From contig OX597828.1 of the NCBI GenBank assembly GCA_951406725.2, positions 73,718,001 through 73,782,000 on the forward strand: a DNA stretch of 64,000 nucleotides, in the 5' to 3' direction. The DNA is from Octopus vulgaris. Taxonomy: Eukaryota. Each line of letters starts with the position of its first letter. Position 1 is the stretch's first letter. The notes beneath the pieces were generated by a model, which searched no databases, was not told the origin of the DNA, and saw only the letters and a program-made list of their open reading frames with translations. Below, in pieces: positions 1 to 15,601 of the stretch. The translations under genes were made by a program, and so were the position numbers.

Positions 1-419
1 ACACCCAGTCGTAGAGTGCAAGAGATGCGTGTATAAATTTCGAAGTCACTGTTAGTTTAGGCACTGCACTGACATGCGTATTAGTTTCCCAATTTCGAGG
101 AGTATTTTTATTGTCATTAAAATTAAAATGTGTTTTAAAATATTCCAAAATAAATTCGTTCAATAATGGAATGAGAAAATCTAAGATACAAAATACAGCA
201 CAATTATTCAAATCATGATAGTTTTCTTTTGATTTGACAGAATTTTATACCATTCCATTCTACGTGTGACTGAAATCCATACATTTACATAAATAATAGA
301 ATTGACACATCGCACTCTGTAAGTCTTGCGAGCATTGATCTTAACACCAAATATATTTGACATAAGTCAGGATTTGGTAAACACGTTAATTCAATTGTCA
401 CTGTTCGTACTGCATATGT

Positions 420-458
<39 letters not shown>

Positions 459-877
459 TATGTGTGCGTGCGCATGTGTGTGTGTGTGTGTGTGAGTACA
501 TACATATACTAAAAAGGAAAAATAAGACAATGCATTGATAAAATTATCATGAATAACGAGTCAAAATATTTTCAAGTTTATCAAATTATGCTACCGGTTT
601 CAGTCGTTGAAAACGGCGATTTAGTCATGCTGAAATGCAATGGCAAATAAGTTGATAGTCGTTAAATTAATCATTCACAATATCAATTTGAAAATCAGTG
701 TGATTTTAATCTCCAAATAAAACAATATGTTATGAAGAAAACATATATCTTCATTTCAATAATTTAAGTGAGGCTTAAATTGGTTTGCTAGCCTACCTTC
801 ATACACCTCAGAAGGACATACACAAAGCCCAGCGTAAACCGATGCTATCACGTTCACAAACACACATACACACGCCC

Positions 878-925
<48 letters not shown>

Positions 926-1200
926 TATATGATTATGTGTATGCGTTATATATAAAATACATATGGACGCCTATATATAAATACACACACACACATATAT
1001 ATATAAATTTTTATGCATATTAGAAATATGCATCCCATGAAAATATTTGTATGTGTATATACATATATTTTTACATATATTATATACTTAAATGACTGGT
1101 CGGTTACATACCTATATATATATAGACACACACACAGATACGGAGGCAGAGAGAATCAGAGAGATAGATAGATATAGATATATAGTTAGATAATTACATG

Positions 1201-1242
<42 letters not shown>

Positions 1243-1245
<3 letters not shown>

Positions 1246-1534
1246 TACATAAATATAAGGGGGAATTTTTAAAACCACTATGTGGAAACCCTTATGCTAG
1301 AAGAAGATCCGCTACGGTCTTAACCACTGAGAATTGTTCTCCAGAAAATTTCAGAAAACCATAACGTCTCTACTTCTAGCATAAGGGTTTCCACATAGTG
1401 GTTAAAAAAATCCGCCTCTTATATTTATGTATGAAATACTATTTACTGAATCTCAGTTTTTTTATATGCTTGACCACTGGTGTTAAAATTGATGTTATCA
1501 AATTAATATCCAATTTTTCACCCTCATTTTGATT

Positions 1535-1542
<8 letters not shown>
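1243..1542. repeat. Fold-back insert in (TA)n
   Basis: Arms 1243-1302 and 1373-1434 are inverted, followed by a ~105-nt tail homologous to about 60690-60755. Confidence 0.85.
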
Positions 1543-1569
<27 letters not shown>

Positions 1570-3233
1570 ACTCAGCGCGCGTGCGAGTTTATGTGTGCAA
1601 GTAGCCGCTTGTGTTTTGTGCGTGTGTGAGTAATATCATTAGATTAATGCAAAATAATACTAAAGTACGATTGTCTTCTCCGATCTATTATCAATAAAAA
1701 TAACAGTTGTGGAAATACTCGTTCTTACCTATAATCACGCCGAAGGTGAATCGGTCGTAATGGGGGTGGGTGGGAATGATGTAGAAATGGTTAACAGATT
1801 ATATACAGTATAATAGTCTGTGTTGTCTTGGTAGCCAACTTTTAAAGAAACAAGAAATTTTATTGGCCATATTCTATAAAACAAAGAACACTTATTGACA
1901 TAAGTGTGCACTATAAGTATTCTAAACGTGTGGCGTTATTATTCGTATTATTGGTTTCAAATCCTAGCACAAGACCAAATATGGTTAGTTATATAAATAA
2001 TAGTGATTCTTCTTCGATATAAAACATAACACGTGATCTATCTTGGTAGGTTGTACTGCAAGTTTAATATGAAGCTTAGAGAAGTGTGTGTTATATACAT
2101 ATATTGTGAACGGTGTAAGCAGCAAATTATATTTCTTTCTTTTGTCCACTGTTTACAAGCCATTCCATTTGTATGAATACATTCTATTCTTATATATATA
2201 CTATTTCAATTGTATATATACATATAGATAGATGGGTGTGCGTGTGCGAGAGTGTATGTGCGCGTGTGTGTGTGTGTATGTATGTGTGTGAGCGTACCTG
2301 TGTATGTGTGCTTGCCTGTATACATTCACATGCAGACATATATATGGTTGTGTGTGTGTGTATGTATGTATGTATGTATGTATGTATGTATGTATGTATG
2401 TATGTATGTATACGCATATCTGCAAGAGCAGCCGAAAATATATACACCTATATTTACAGACACATACATGAATATTCTATGCATTCACTCAAATACAAAC
2501 ATGCATATATATATATGTGTGTGTGTGTGTGTGTATTTACGTATACAGCATATACATATATATATGCACATACATATTAAGCAGATATATACATATATAT
2601 ATATACATGACTATATAAGTATATACATATGGACACGCACATAACTAAATAAATATTTATACATGTGTGTGTGTGTGTGCGTGCGTGTGGGTATCTGTAT
2701 ACACACCTATATATTTGATTATCAGAGGGAGAGATAGAAAGAGAGAGAGAGAGAGAGAGTGGAAAAACTGAAAACAGAGAAAGAGAGAGAGAAAGAGAGT
2801 GAGGTGTGGCGATCTGACTGTTTTCCTTTACGTTACATTTTCACAATAAAATTATTTTTCGCAATTTAAATCGTTGCATTTAGATAAATTTAAGACAATA
2901 GCTAAATATTAATATTGTTTAGAAATATTTTTTTCTGTTGATTGAGAATTCTTTGCACATTCTCATTTTCTTTAAAATAAATTGAAATAAATTCATCCTC
3001 CTCCTTTTAGTTTTATAACATTCCTCTCATTTTTATTCTTTTAAACTTGCTCCACATTCTGTTTTAAACTCTTAAATCTCGCATTCTGGCAATCTTTTTC
3101 ATTTGATTTTTCGTCCCTTCTTAATTTATAGCCCACAGTCTTCTTTCCTCTTCTAACGAACCGTTTTATCTTAACTACCCCCCCCCCTCTCTCATTCTCA
3201 TCCCATTTTTCTCGTTTGTTTTTCATTATTCAA

Positions 3234-3494
3234 GCTGACGAGCTGGCAGAAACGTTAACACGCTGGGCGAAATGCTTGGCGGTATTTCGTCTGTCGTTAG
3301 GTTCTGAGTTCAAATTTCACCGAGGTCGACTTTGCCTTTCATCCTTTCGGGGTCGATAAATTAAGTACCAGTTACACACTGGGTTCGATGTAATCGACTT
3401 AATGCCTTTGTCTGTCCTTGTTTGTCCCCTCTGTGCTTAACGCCTTGTGGGTAGTAAAGAAATAGGTATTTCGTCTGCCGTTACGTTCTGAGTT
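3234..3494 (+). mobile_element. SINE family A (tRNA-like head; central gcctttcatcctttcggggtcgataaa resembling the Meta/MESC domain)
   Basis: A-box-like gagctggcagaa and B-box gagttcaaat; many homologous copies in the window. A partial inverted copy lies at 3780-3862. Confidence 0.85.
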
Positions 3495-3556
3495 TATTAT
3501 TATTATTATCATTATTATTATTATTATCATTATTGTTATTGTTGTTGCTGTTGTTG

Positions 3557-3627
<71 letters not shown>

Positions 3628-4863
3628 ATTATTATTGAGGTCACTGACTGGAATCGAACCCCAAGATTCCGAGTTCGATTCTAGGCAGACATGAATAATA
3701 ATAATAATCTGAGTAATCATTCCTAAGGTATTTTCCGATCTTATTATTATTATTATTATTATTATTGAGGTTACTGACAGGAATTTGAACTCAGAACGTA
3801 ACGGCAGACGAAATATCGCTAAGCATTTCGCCCGGCGTGCTAACGATTCTGCCAGCTCGCCACTTTTGGACCTATGCTTCTATCCTTACCGCTACCAGTT
3901 TTACGATCACCATCACCACTAATGCTACTACAACCGATACTGCTGCAGCAAACACAATGGCTATGAGAATATCAGCAAGATACAACGACAACAAGAGGAA
4001 CATCATCACGAATGGCAAAATAACAGAAGAGCAGATACCAAGAGAAATAACGATAACTGCAAAAATAACAGTGACACTAAATAAAAAAAAAGATCGATCC
4101 TGATATGAGTAATGTTAGCAACAACAAAATTAATTTATAGAAATTCATTTACCATAATTGACTTCAATTATTGTCTGCTACAAGTCTGACTTTCGCATTA
4201 ATATACATATGAGTGTCAAGGCGGAGAGATGTTAGAATCGTTAAGACACTGGGGAAAATGTTTAGATGCGTTTCTTCTGTCTTTACATTCCGAGTTCGAA
4301 TCCTGCCGAAGTTGATTTTACCCTTTTCTTTTTAGGATTCTGCATATTTCATACGAAACACAGTGAGATTCAAAGATTAATATTGCTTACCAAATTTAGT
4401 TCTGTACTTTTCAAAGTATTTCTATTGTCAAGATTTTGTTTTTGTATTTGGTTTGCAAATCGTTCATTGAAATCAATTTGTTTCATCTTAGGTGGGTTGT
4501 TACACCAATACTAACCACACGCACTGGTTCAATATCTCTTCTATATTACTAGCAAACGTAACTAAGACACAACACCGACGAGAAAGTCAATGGAAACGAA
4601 AGGACTTTGACAAATAACTGATTGATTGACTGATTGGTTAACCAACTGATTACGCAAGCAATCGATTACTTAGTTAACTAATTAATGAATTAATTTGTAA
4701 TAAAGAAATGAAATTGAATCAGTGCGTCTGTTTATTATTGACGTTTTGTGTCGCACCCCACGATACAACAAAAGACTTGAATGATATTCGTTCATTAAGA
4801 AAATGATAAACAACGGAACAAAAGACATCATCATCATCATCACCATCATCGTCATCGTCATCG

Positions 4864-4900
<37 letters not shown>

Positions 4901-5017
4901 TATTGCATGCACCGATATTTAACTGGCATTTAAAATTCCATTATTACCACTGTCCATGTAATAAAGACAACAGCAACAACAAAGACGACGATGACGACAT
5001 CGACAATGGTTACGATG

Positions 5018-5043
5018 AGTAGTAGTAGTACTACTACTACTAC

Positions 5044-5086
<43 letters not shown>

Positions 5087-5174
5087 GGTGGTGGTGGTGG
5101 TGGTGGTGGTGGTAGTAGTGGTGGTGGTGGTGGTGGTGGTGGTGGTGGTGGTGGTGGTGGTGGTGGTGGTGGTG

Positions 5175-5236
<62 letters not shown>
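5018..5236. repeat. (AGT)n/(GGT)n compound microsatellite
   Basis: Seen directly. Confidence 0.95.
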
Positions 5237-5237
<1 letters not shown>

Positions 5238-7498
5238 AGAGAGAAGAAGTCTGAGGGCAGGGATGGGGAAGAGGGTCGCGCAGCGGTAGCTGAATTCGAT
5301 TCTCCCAGCATCATTGGAAATTTTTATGATTGTAATTGAAAGGCAAAAAAGAATGGTAGAAATGGTAAACTGGGCAGAAGAAGTAACAATTAATAGAATT
5401 CATGTAGCATTATGGAAGTAGTTAGAAAGAAGAAAGAGTTGGAATGTCTTGGAGGAAACGGAATGGCTGGCGAAAGCATGAAAAGGAAAAGAATACAGAA
5501 GTTATGAGAGACTATTGGGAAATGATACTGAAAAGAATATATTATAGTTGAGGAACGGAAGATCCTTCGTCAGTCTCGACGACGAGCACTCAGTCGCGGG
5601 TCCGACTTTATCGTGAGTCTATCGTGTAAGTGGTTGAGTATATCACAGATATGTGAGGCTTTAACTTCATTCTCAGTTTCGATCGCTGTGGTGTGACTGT
5701 AACTTTGAATTACAAGAACAGTACAGAGAGAAAGAGGGAGAAGAATCGAACTCGCTATTGGATGCATGAGGCTGCTATTTTATTTATCGGTCCGGAAAAA
5801 GAAGAAATTCAATGTTAATCTCCAAGTGAATAGTACTAAGCATTCTATCAGAAAGTTTCAAGTAATCTTATCTATTCAACATCTTCAATTGAATAATAAT
5901 GATTGATATGAATGACGAAATATTAGAATTGATTAAACGTGCAGCGAATCATAACATTATCGTTGTGAGTAATTATTACATCATAAGCTTCAGTTACCTT
6001 TTAAGTTAAACTACTCTGTTTAAAGCTTTCGTACAAAAACTTTAAACATGTGTAAATACGCATTCTTATTCTCTTCGTTCAGAGAAAATTTAAAGGAGAT
6101 TGCCCTGACATACCCCTCGGTTATTTGATTGCTCATCACTTTACAAGACCCCCCCTTCGTTATAGGCCCACGAAGAGAAGTTATAACGACTGTTATTTAA
6201 ATGCGGCAAAGGCCTTCTTGGTTTACAATAGCCGTTGTAAGTATACAGTATTTAGAGATAATTTCTTAGACGAGTACAGGAATTCAAGAATAGGTGCGGA
6301 AACAAATAGTTTATTATATCCGCCCCAGACCAGAACTTTTTCTTAACATTCGCTGAAACTGAAGGGCAAATTTGTTCTCGGTGGAATTTAAACAACTGAA
6401 ATCCTTTGGGGCCAAGAGCCAGCATTACTAGAGTCCAGCCATATGATTGCCCTTCTATTATATGGAGTATTGTCGACAGGGAAGTCTTTATGTGCCATCG
6501 GATGACGCAACTGTAAACTCTGTCTTTTAAGAAACAGCGTATATTTAAGCAGAATGTCTCAGAAACACAGCATCTCAAAATCGGTTCTTGCGTCGATTCT
6601 GAACGACTCGAAAAAAGCACAGGTGAAAACCAAGGAAGACAACTATTTTAATAATACAAGTTAATCTCTGTCGATCCGCTTCAATTAAATTATATCATCA
6701 CCGTCACAGTTCAATAATACTTCGCAGCCTGTAACTATGTTCCCCAGTTGACCCAGAACACTTATTGAGGAAACAAACTTACCAGAAGCGAATAATGATA
6801 CACCTTCCAAACCGAACGCGGCTAATTCTTCATTCATCGCATACATCTGATTAATAATTCACGTGTTTGTGCATAAGAAACTCTGCATTACGGGCGTACT
6901 ATTGTAAATATTGACACTATCAGGGAAATGTTCAAATTATGTTGGTCCAATTCTGTTCAACCATCTTACAGAACGGCATGCACCTGTAATTGCTCTAACC
7001 CCACAGCAATTATTTGGGTTTGCTATTTGCTGAACGCTTGGTCCTTTCCGTTAGATTTGAACTTTTGCTCACTCACCTCGGCCATATTCATGATAATATA
7101 TTCCTTCTTCCCTCTTCCATTCAAAAACCACTGTTTTGCTGTCTTTTCTATGACGATTGGCCACTCAGAGGACAAAGTATAAATCGATAATAATCCCTGT
7201 ACTGAAAGAACCCTACACTAAATTCATTGTAGAGATCAATAGATACAGTTATAAATACACAGACACTCGCGCACAAACTCACACACATATACCACATACA
7301 TATACATATAGTTACAAACTATGCTATATAATACGTGCTTAGAACCCGTTGTCATGAGTATCTATGAATAACGTGAGTAATGAGGTATGAGCCTGTTGCA
7401 ATTAAACTAGATGTATCTATTGTGTAGGTTTACAGGGTCTTTTTCACTTATTAAATAGGTAAAAAAAATTTATAAATATCAGTGGAAAATGAAAATCG

Positions 7499-7569
7499 AA
7501 ATCCTTAAATCCTTAAATCCTTAAAAATGTTCTAGCCCGAAGGCCGCGGCCATGCTGGGGCACCACCGC
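7499..7569 (-). mobile_element. Extreme 3' end of a CR1-like LINE with an (AAGGATTT)n tail
   Basis: ggtgccccagcatggccgcggccttcgggcta followed by an 8-bp tandem repeat. A similar stub lies at about 35505-35546. Confidence 0.6.
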
Positions 7570-7769
7570 TGGGTCGATATATATACAAAATGGATAGATA
7601 TTCTCACATTTCTTTCTAATATGTCACTCCTGAGGTATTGGTTAAACTTAGGTTATGGTAGAAGAAAATTGGTAGTACCCAATCCTGGTTTTTATTGGAT
7701 GGCATCCACCAAAGCTGAGGAGCAGCAGTGTGAAACATGGCTGTGAAGCAAACTTTAAAACCATAAAAT

Positions 7770-8135
7770 CACTAATAGTTTCATCCACCAATTGAGTGTC
7801 TTCAATCCAGCATCTGAGATCACATTCCTTAACAGAAACTGGTAATCCGTCGGTTGTGATGACGAGGATTCCAGTCAGGTTCCAACTGATGGAACAGCCC
7901 GCGTGTTGGCTTAAAGTGCAAGTTGTCGAACATTTCATAGACACGCATAATACATTAAACGTACTTCTCAGGGGGGATTCAGCGTGACGCAGAATGTAGT
8001 AAGGTTGGCCCTTTGAATTAATGGTACAACTCATTTTTATTAGCAAAATCAATGTGAAATAAAGCGTCATGTTCAAGTACACAACCTGCTGTCGGGAATC
8101 GAACTCAGGGCGTAATGATCGTGAACCGAATACAT
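7770..8135 (-). mobile_element. Old SINE-like repeat with tRNA-like head
   Basis: B-box-like gagttcgattccc on the minus strand at about 8095-8107; the body is degenerate. Confidence 0.45.
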
Positions 8136-8173
8136 GCCTTCACTGAATCACATATGCAATCGGGAACACAATA

Positions 8174-8406
8174 CCTATTTCTTTACTACCCACAAGGGGC
8201 TAAACACAGAGAGGACAAACAAGGACAGACAGACGGATCAAGTCGATTACATCGACCCCAGTGCGTAACTGGTACTTAATTTATCGACACCCAAAGAATG
8301 AAAGGCAAAGTCGACCTCGACGGAATTTGAACTCAGAACGAAACGGCAGACGAAATACGGCTACGAATTTCGTCCGGCGTGCTAACGTTTCTGCCAGCTC
8401 CGCCTT
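8174..8406 (-). mobile_element. SINE family A, full length with TSD
   Basis: Flanked by direct repeats tcgggaacacaata(cc) at 8160-8175 and 8407-8422. Confidence 0.92.
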
Positions 8407-9342
8407 TCGGGAACACAATACCAATGAAAGAAAACGAACCGACAAAAGAACCGCCGCTGATTCACCTTATCGAATCGAAACAAATCCGCTGAGGTTTTCA
8501 GTCCCCAAATCCTTGATTATCTTATCGATGTAAACACAAATAAATAATCTCAACAGATAAATAAGAAATTAATTAATCAATTAATACGTCGTCAGGAGAT
8601 GAATGAAAGAAAGTTTGAATTATAGTTGTGAAATATCACGAGACAGTTCACAATGTAATCAAAAGAAAATCTTGTAGTGTGATTTCCACACTAATTCGGT
8701 TTAAGTTGGCTTATCTTTCTTTTAACCGCTAATGAAAGACGCAGACAAATTATTAGTCCTCTATCTTATCTATAACTTTAATATATGTCTATCTTTTGTT
8801 GAATGTGGCCATGCACAGCTCCACAATCAGGCTTTAGTCAATCAACCCCCGTATTTCTATCTGCCACTTGTTTCAGTAAAACCAAATGGCATAATGGGAA
8901 ACGTGTTGGAATCACGTCTGTAAGGCCGTGGTTTCAATTCCCATGTTAGACAGTACACAGATAAAACGCTAGACGTTTTATCTATAAAATCAATTCCACT
9001 ATTAGCTAGTGAGGTTAAGGTCAAGATTTCAATTCTCAGCCTAGGCAGTACGTTGTGTTCTCGAGGGAAACATAATTTCACGTTGCCTTAATCCTCTCAG
9101 GTAAGATCAGCACCAACAACAGGTGGAGTTTCATTGTGCTCTCTCGGTCGTCATGGCAACCGTATTAAGTTCCCGCTTATTGAGCCAGTAGACACGTGAG
9201 AAACCGAAGGCATTGAGTCTTATTTTATCGAACCATTCACTTGCTGGACACAAGGTCGTACAATACAAATATATCACCGATTACATTACGGAGTCAGTGA
9301 TGGACACACGTTTTATATATGTAATCACATACACACACAGAT

Positions 9343-9395
<53 letters not shown>

Positions 9396-9499
9396 CATAC
9401 ATACATACATACATACATACATACATACATACTTACATACTTACATATATACGTAGACAGACAGACAGACGACGGACGGACGGATATACAGCTAGATAA

Positions 9500-9575
<76 letters not shown>

Positions 9576-10302
9576 GCAGAAAGACAGACAGACAAACGGA
9601 TATGGATGTACATAAACAAACTCTTTCAGTTATGGATGTACATAAAAAAAATGTTCGGATATGGATGTACATAAGTATAGAAGAAATAAGGACAAACAAA
9701 ACTTTCTATTATTGTTGTGTATTAGGAAGATGTTTAACACAATGTTTAGAGCGTCAGAAAATAATTGCCCCGTGGCACTTGTTTCTCACTACTCACGTTT
9801 TCAGCTCGAAATCCCGCTGGTGTTAGCTCCAGTCTTTCATCAATCCAAGACCGACAAAGTCGAGTACTTATGGTCGATGGCCGCGAATAATCTCACGACC
9901 TTCTCTCGAAATTAATGATTAGCAACTGAATCAGTAAGTGAAAAAACTTGTTATGTTGTACATCAACCATTTCTAAAGACCTAAAACCGATTTCTTTGAA
10001 AATATGGGTTCCAATTTATGTGAAAATTAGAAACAAAACAGGAAGTATTGGAAGTGTAAGCACCATTTTTTGAGACATTCATTGAATTTTGCTGTTTATA
10101 ATTCCTATTTCCTTACCAAATTCCTTCTGTTTAACTAAGGAAACTCACATATTTTCTGAGAACATTCTACAAAAAAAAACAAAAAAACAGGCAAATGATT
10201 TATTTTAAGAAATTTTTTAACATTTATTTTCTCAATTTTCGATTTTATTTTTCTCTACATTCATATATATTTTTTATATATGTGTATGTGTATGTGTGTA
10301 GG

Positions 10303-10395
<93 letters not shown>

Positions 10396-12295
10396 ATGCA
10401 TGCATGTATGTATGTATGCATGTGTGTGTGTGCGTGAGAGTATGTGCATCTGTATGTGTGGGTATGTATTTATGCTTGCATGTTTGCATGTATAGATGTG
10501 AATTTATGGATATATGTACGCATATGTGTATGAATGCATGTCTACAAATGTATATATATATATATTAGCATGCTTGTTTATATATATACATACATAAGCA
10601 AGTGCGTATATATGTGGGTATGTATGTATATATGTGCGTATATATATATATATATATGTATTTTTTGTGTGAGTGTCCGTATGTATGGAGGTAGGTACGT
10701 TCGTATGATAATCTAACATGGATTCAATAATGTTCACTTGTGACATGTAAAATGAGAAACTGTTGTACTTTTAAATTGTATAGATTTATTTAAATTGCAT
10801 TTATTTATTTATTTATTCAATATGAAACAATTTCCTCCTCTCCCTATCACCCATTCGCTCATTTCTCCCGTTGCTCTTCTTTTACCGTCACGCACACACA
10901 AGAACAACAACACTTTTATACACGCAACTACATACAGACACACACACGAACACTAAACGACGTGTATGTAAATACACACAGAACAATATGCACACACATA
11001 CGCACACACACAAACACACACACACACTCACAGCCTCTTTATCTTTTTCTCTTTATCTCTCACTTTCTAACCACATTAACGGACTTATTGGTTCCATCGT
11101 AAATGGAATTTTCCTGAAATTTTCCAGAACTTTTTGCGTGTTCTCGTCTATGAAATATACAAAATAGAAGAGTGAGAAAAAAAAACAGAAAAGACGTGAA
11201 AATAAAACTGGAATAAAATCGTTAAACATATTTGCATAATTTTAAAGTTTTATAATTATTATATGTATTCTTTGAGGAGCGACTGCAGAGAGACATTCTC
11301 GTCGGTTCATTGTGTTGTTGATGTTGTTTTCAACTGATAATTTTGGCTTGTTTATGTTGTTGTTGTTGCTTTTATTTTTGTTGTCAAAAATAAATTATTG
11401 TTGTTGTTATCATTGTCGATGTTGTTGTTTCTTTTCCATTTACTTTCTGTTTGTAGTGGTTAGCAATGCAGTAGAAGTTGAAAACGAATCCGTGTTCTTT
11501 TAAAAGACGAGCCGAACGAAATAGCAGGATCGGCAAAAAATAATACATTTAAATCTATTTGCACACATTTACTTCTATTGAGTTCAAACCTTAGTTTGTC
11601 CAACCTTTGTTTCGCACTCCAAATTTATACATCTTCATTATGGCATTTATAATTATATGAGATGAATGTATGGCATCTGTAAGTTTATTTTAAAAGGCCG
11701 CCATTTACCTAGCACTCTCGTTGGCCGCTGCTGAGGCAAATCTTCGTCTTCCTCTGACATTTATTGTGTTTTTAATATAGCACGTCCAAAAGAGATATTG
11801 TCTCCGTACAAACATCACGTTGACAGCCCTCTTGATGTGTGTATACATTATAAATAGATGGCTATGCGTGTGTGATTATGGGTATCGTTTGCACTATTAA
11901 TGGTGTATATCCTATAAACTTTTGTTGAGTATGGATGTATGGTCAGCTAATCTTTTCTTATTTGGTTTTGCTTTGTGTTGCGTGGTGTAACCCAGTCTTA
12001 TAAGATATCTACATACGTACCTACAAACAGAAACATATTCATACATGCATACATTTATGTTTATATACGCACACATGCATACATGCATACATATATACAT
12101 GCATACATACATGCATATATACTCACCTGACTAAATACATACATGTGGTCTATAATCATAAAGTGTTTTACACAAGTTAAATTTGTTCATTTTTCAATTC
12201 AAGTTTTGTTTTGATGCATATTTCAGATTTGCGGAAACCTGCAGGCAATTAAGCACGTACATTTATCAACATGTATACATTATGTATGTGTATAT

Positions 12296-12332
<37 letters not shown>

Positions 12333-14185
12333 TATATACGTGTTTGAGAAGTGTTCTAACATTTTGCTTTAAGGATAGCAGAGTTGTTACTAGACAAAAC
12401 GCTGTGGAATTATCAATGATTTTGTCCTGTTACTTCCAGACAATACACAAGTTTACAAAGAGCAACATTTGTAAAAGTGACTTTCACAGACAATTCGCCT
12501 TCAACAACATTTCGAAGATGGCCACGAAACAATTATTCACTACGCAGGAGAAAGTGACATTTCTAAATATCAATGAATAGCCGTGCTCGCAATTCGAAAA
12601 ACGGTTCTCAGATGACGCTGATTTTTTTTCTCTTTTTTGTCAATTTTATTATTTGCTACGAATTAAAATACAAACAAAAAAATTACAAAACTATTGTTTC
12701 CTTGCCAGCCTGCTGTTATGTCGGAACACTTTTCACACACGAAAATACACACGGGTGTGTTTCATTACATTGTATGAAAGAGTACATTTCTATTGCGATT
12801 GCTTTGTTCGTGGCTGCGCAGAATGTGACCGAAAGTAGCAGACGCCTATCTAAATCAGCACTCAACCATCGTTTTGGTTTATTTCACATTTTTATTTATT
12901 TTTTAAATCAAATTCAGTAATCTGAGAAATATGTATATTTGTATGTAGGTGTACACACGGTAGACACATCGGTATATATATCTGTGCGTATATCTTTGTG
13001 TGTGTGTGTGCGTGTTTGTGTGTGTAAATCTGTGTATGTGAATCTGTGTGTGTCTGTGTATCTCTGTGTATATGTGTGTGCCTGTGTGTGCTTGTGTGGT
13101 GTGTGTGTGTGTGTCTGTGGTTGTGTGTTTATCGAAATTAGGTTGACATTGCCTATGCAGACGTAATGTTATTTTGGCGGCCATATTATTTTGTCTCTAT
13201 CTTTCTGATAAATAGGCATCAAGACACAACACCACACAGACAAAGCGCAAAAACACATGTAGAGTCATGGCCTTGCCACACGAGATGGCCACGACTAGAA
13301 TACATTTCATCATATGCTATGCTATGTTTACGGCAAATACATAAACAGAAGTACCAGGTTTTAAGAAAATAAGTACTGGGGTCGATAGGTTCGACTAAAA
13401 TTTTTCAAAACAGTACTCCAGCATGACCGTAGTCTACCGACTGTGACAAGTTGGTGTTAAAAGGTAAAAGATATACTATCAAATGCAATGGTGGCAGCGA
13501 AGATTACATTGGACAAAACAAATATTAAGCATGAGATTAATGTTTCATCGAATCAAATATGAGATTTCAGCACTGCACAAATCCCACTCAGTGAACATTT
13601 GGACATATACGCAAAAACATCCCAAATTTCTTGTCTTCCGACGTTAATACCAGATATCAAACAAACAAATTAGATAAGGAAAATTCGTTTATTAAAAAGT
13701 ACAAAACATGCCTGAAATTGCGATTAAAACATCACTTAATATACAATTGGCGTTTTTCACTATGAATGTTATATGCCATATCTACCAGACAAAAATTTCG
13801 ACGTGACATTCTCACACGATTCACACATGATCTTAACACATGAACTTTGCGAAAACTAACTGAAAATTCCTTTCACTCACCAGATAACCATCCGCAACCA
13901 ATTTGCACGTTAAATAGAGCGTTCTGAACCACATTCATTCTATAAAAAGTAAAGGATGTGTACAGCAGTGGCGAGACTAGACAGACATTGCAACACAGCT
14001 GCACTTTCGAAAATCAAATGGGAAACGGGCTAAGTATATACATATGTGCGTGTGCGTCTGTGTGTGTGTGTCTGTCTGTCTATCTGTCTAACTGTCAGTA
14101 TATGTATATATGTATATAGATATATACATACACACACACACAAACATACATACATACATATAGATAGATAGATAGATAGATAGAT

Positions 14186-14335
<150 letters not shown>

Positions 14336-14492
14336 TCTAAGTTTTGAACGAAACATGTGCACACAGCTTGAGTGATGGTTGGAATCACAGGCATGGTATA
14401 AAAGTCTGCATAACAACGTGCGTTATTGGCAAGAAATTACAACTAGCTCATATTTTAATACGGTGCACATTAAATTATGCTTACATATACGA

Positions 14493-14542
<50 letters not shown>

Positions 14543-14585
14543 ACATACATACATAAATAGACACAGACATATATGTATGTGTATG

Positions 14586-14625
<40 letters not shown>

Positions 14626-15601
14626 TACCGAAGTAAACACATAAATGTGAAACGAGGTGGAAAAAAGAGTACTCAAATACCAGTGGTAGAGTGATATGCT
14701 TTAAATAAAGTATATATATATATATATATGGCGTGTGTGCGTGTGTGTGCGGATGTGTGAGTGTGTGTGTGTATGTGTGTGTACATTTAATTATTAATTA
14801 CATGACGTACACAGTTGAACCTGCCTCTGTGTGTGTGGGTGTACGTATGCATTGAGTGTGTCTGTTTATTTGATATATGATTTCGTAAACATTAATAGTG
14901 GTCGATATATGAGCTCAAGTGCTACTCCAAACATATCGATCAATTATTCATCGCTGTGTCAGAACGAAATCTGACAAGATATGTTTTTCTCCGGTCGGCC
15001 TCTCGAAAACCTCTAATCGGTTTTTGAAAGCCTCTTAACACACATTTATACACGCATGTATGCTGACATATACCAATATAAAACGCTCTCTCCCACTCTC
15101 TCCCCCCTCTCTCTCTCTCTCTCTCTCTCTTGTATGTCTCTTCACATCCATTTCTCTGTCGTACAATTCAACAACCAAACAGAACCATCTTTCAGTAAGC
15201 AATTCAATGCTAATTACACAGTCCCAGTTCATTGAATATTAAAAGATGAGCTTCTGTCAGAGATGTCTCTGTTTCCTAGAGAGGTTATAATTCCCGTTTA
15301 ATGATCAGTGAATGTTTTATAGTGTTTTATAGCAGCACAAATTAAAGATTGAAATATGTTGCAGAGAGAAGAAATTCAATAAATTGGAGTGTTCGCTTAT
15401 ATATTCAATTTCAAATTCATTGATATATAATCAAAGTATCTATAAGATATTTGTGAGTTTATTTTCGCTATTGTGTAAGGGACTGATTTTGTGAATTCTC
15501 CCTATATATATAGGGAGAATTTCACAAAACGCAAGCGACGAAGACAGGTGGTGTAGACAACAAACAGATGTATTACTATAACGCTCGGGAAGTGAAAAAG
15601 T

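Noticed and set aside
588-612. Minus-strand GAAAccggTA resembling a hammerhead 3' half
   Set aside because: No matching core or stem I found upstream.
12438-12580. Acceptor-like site followed by an open frame
   Set aside because: No recognisable protein and no donor site.
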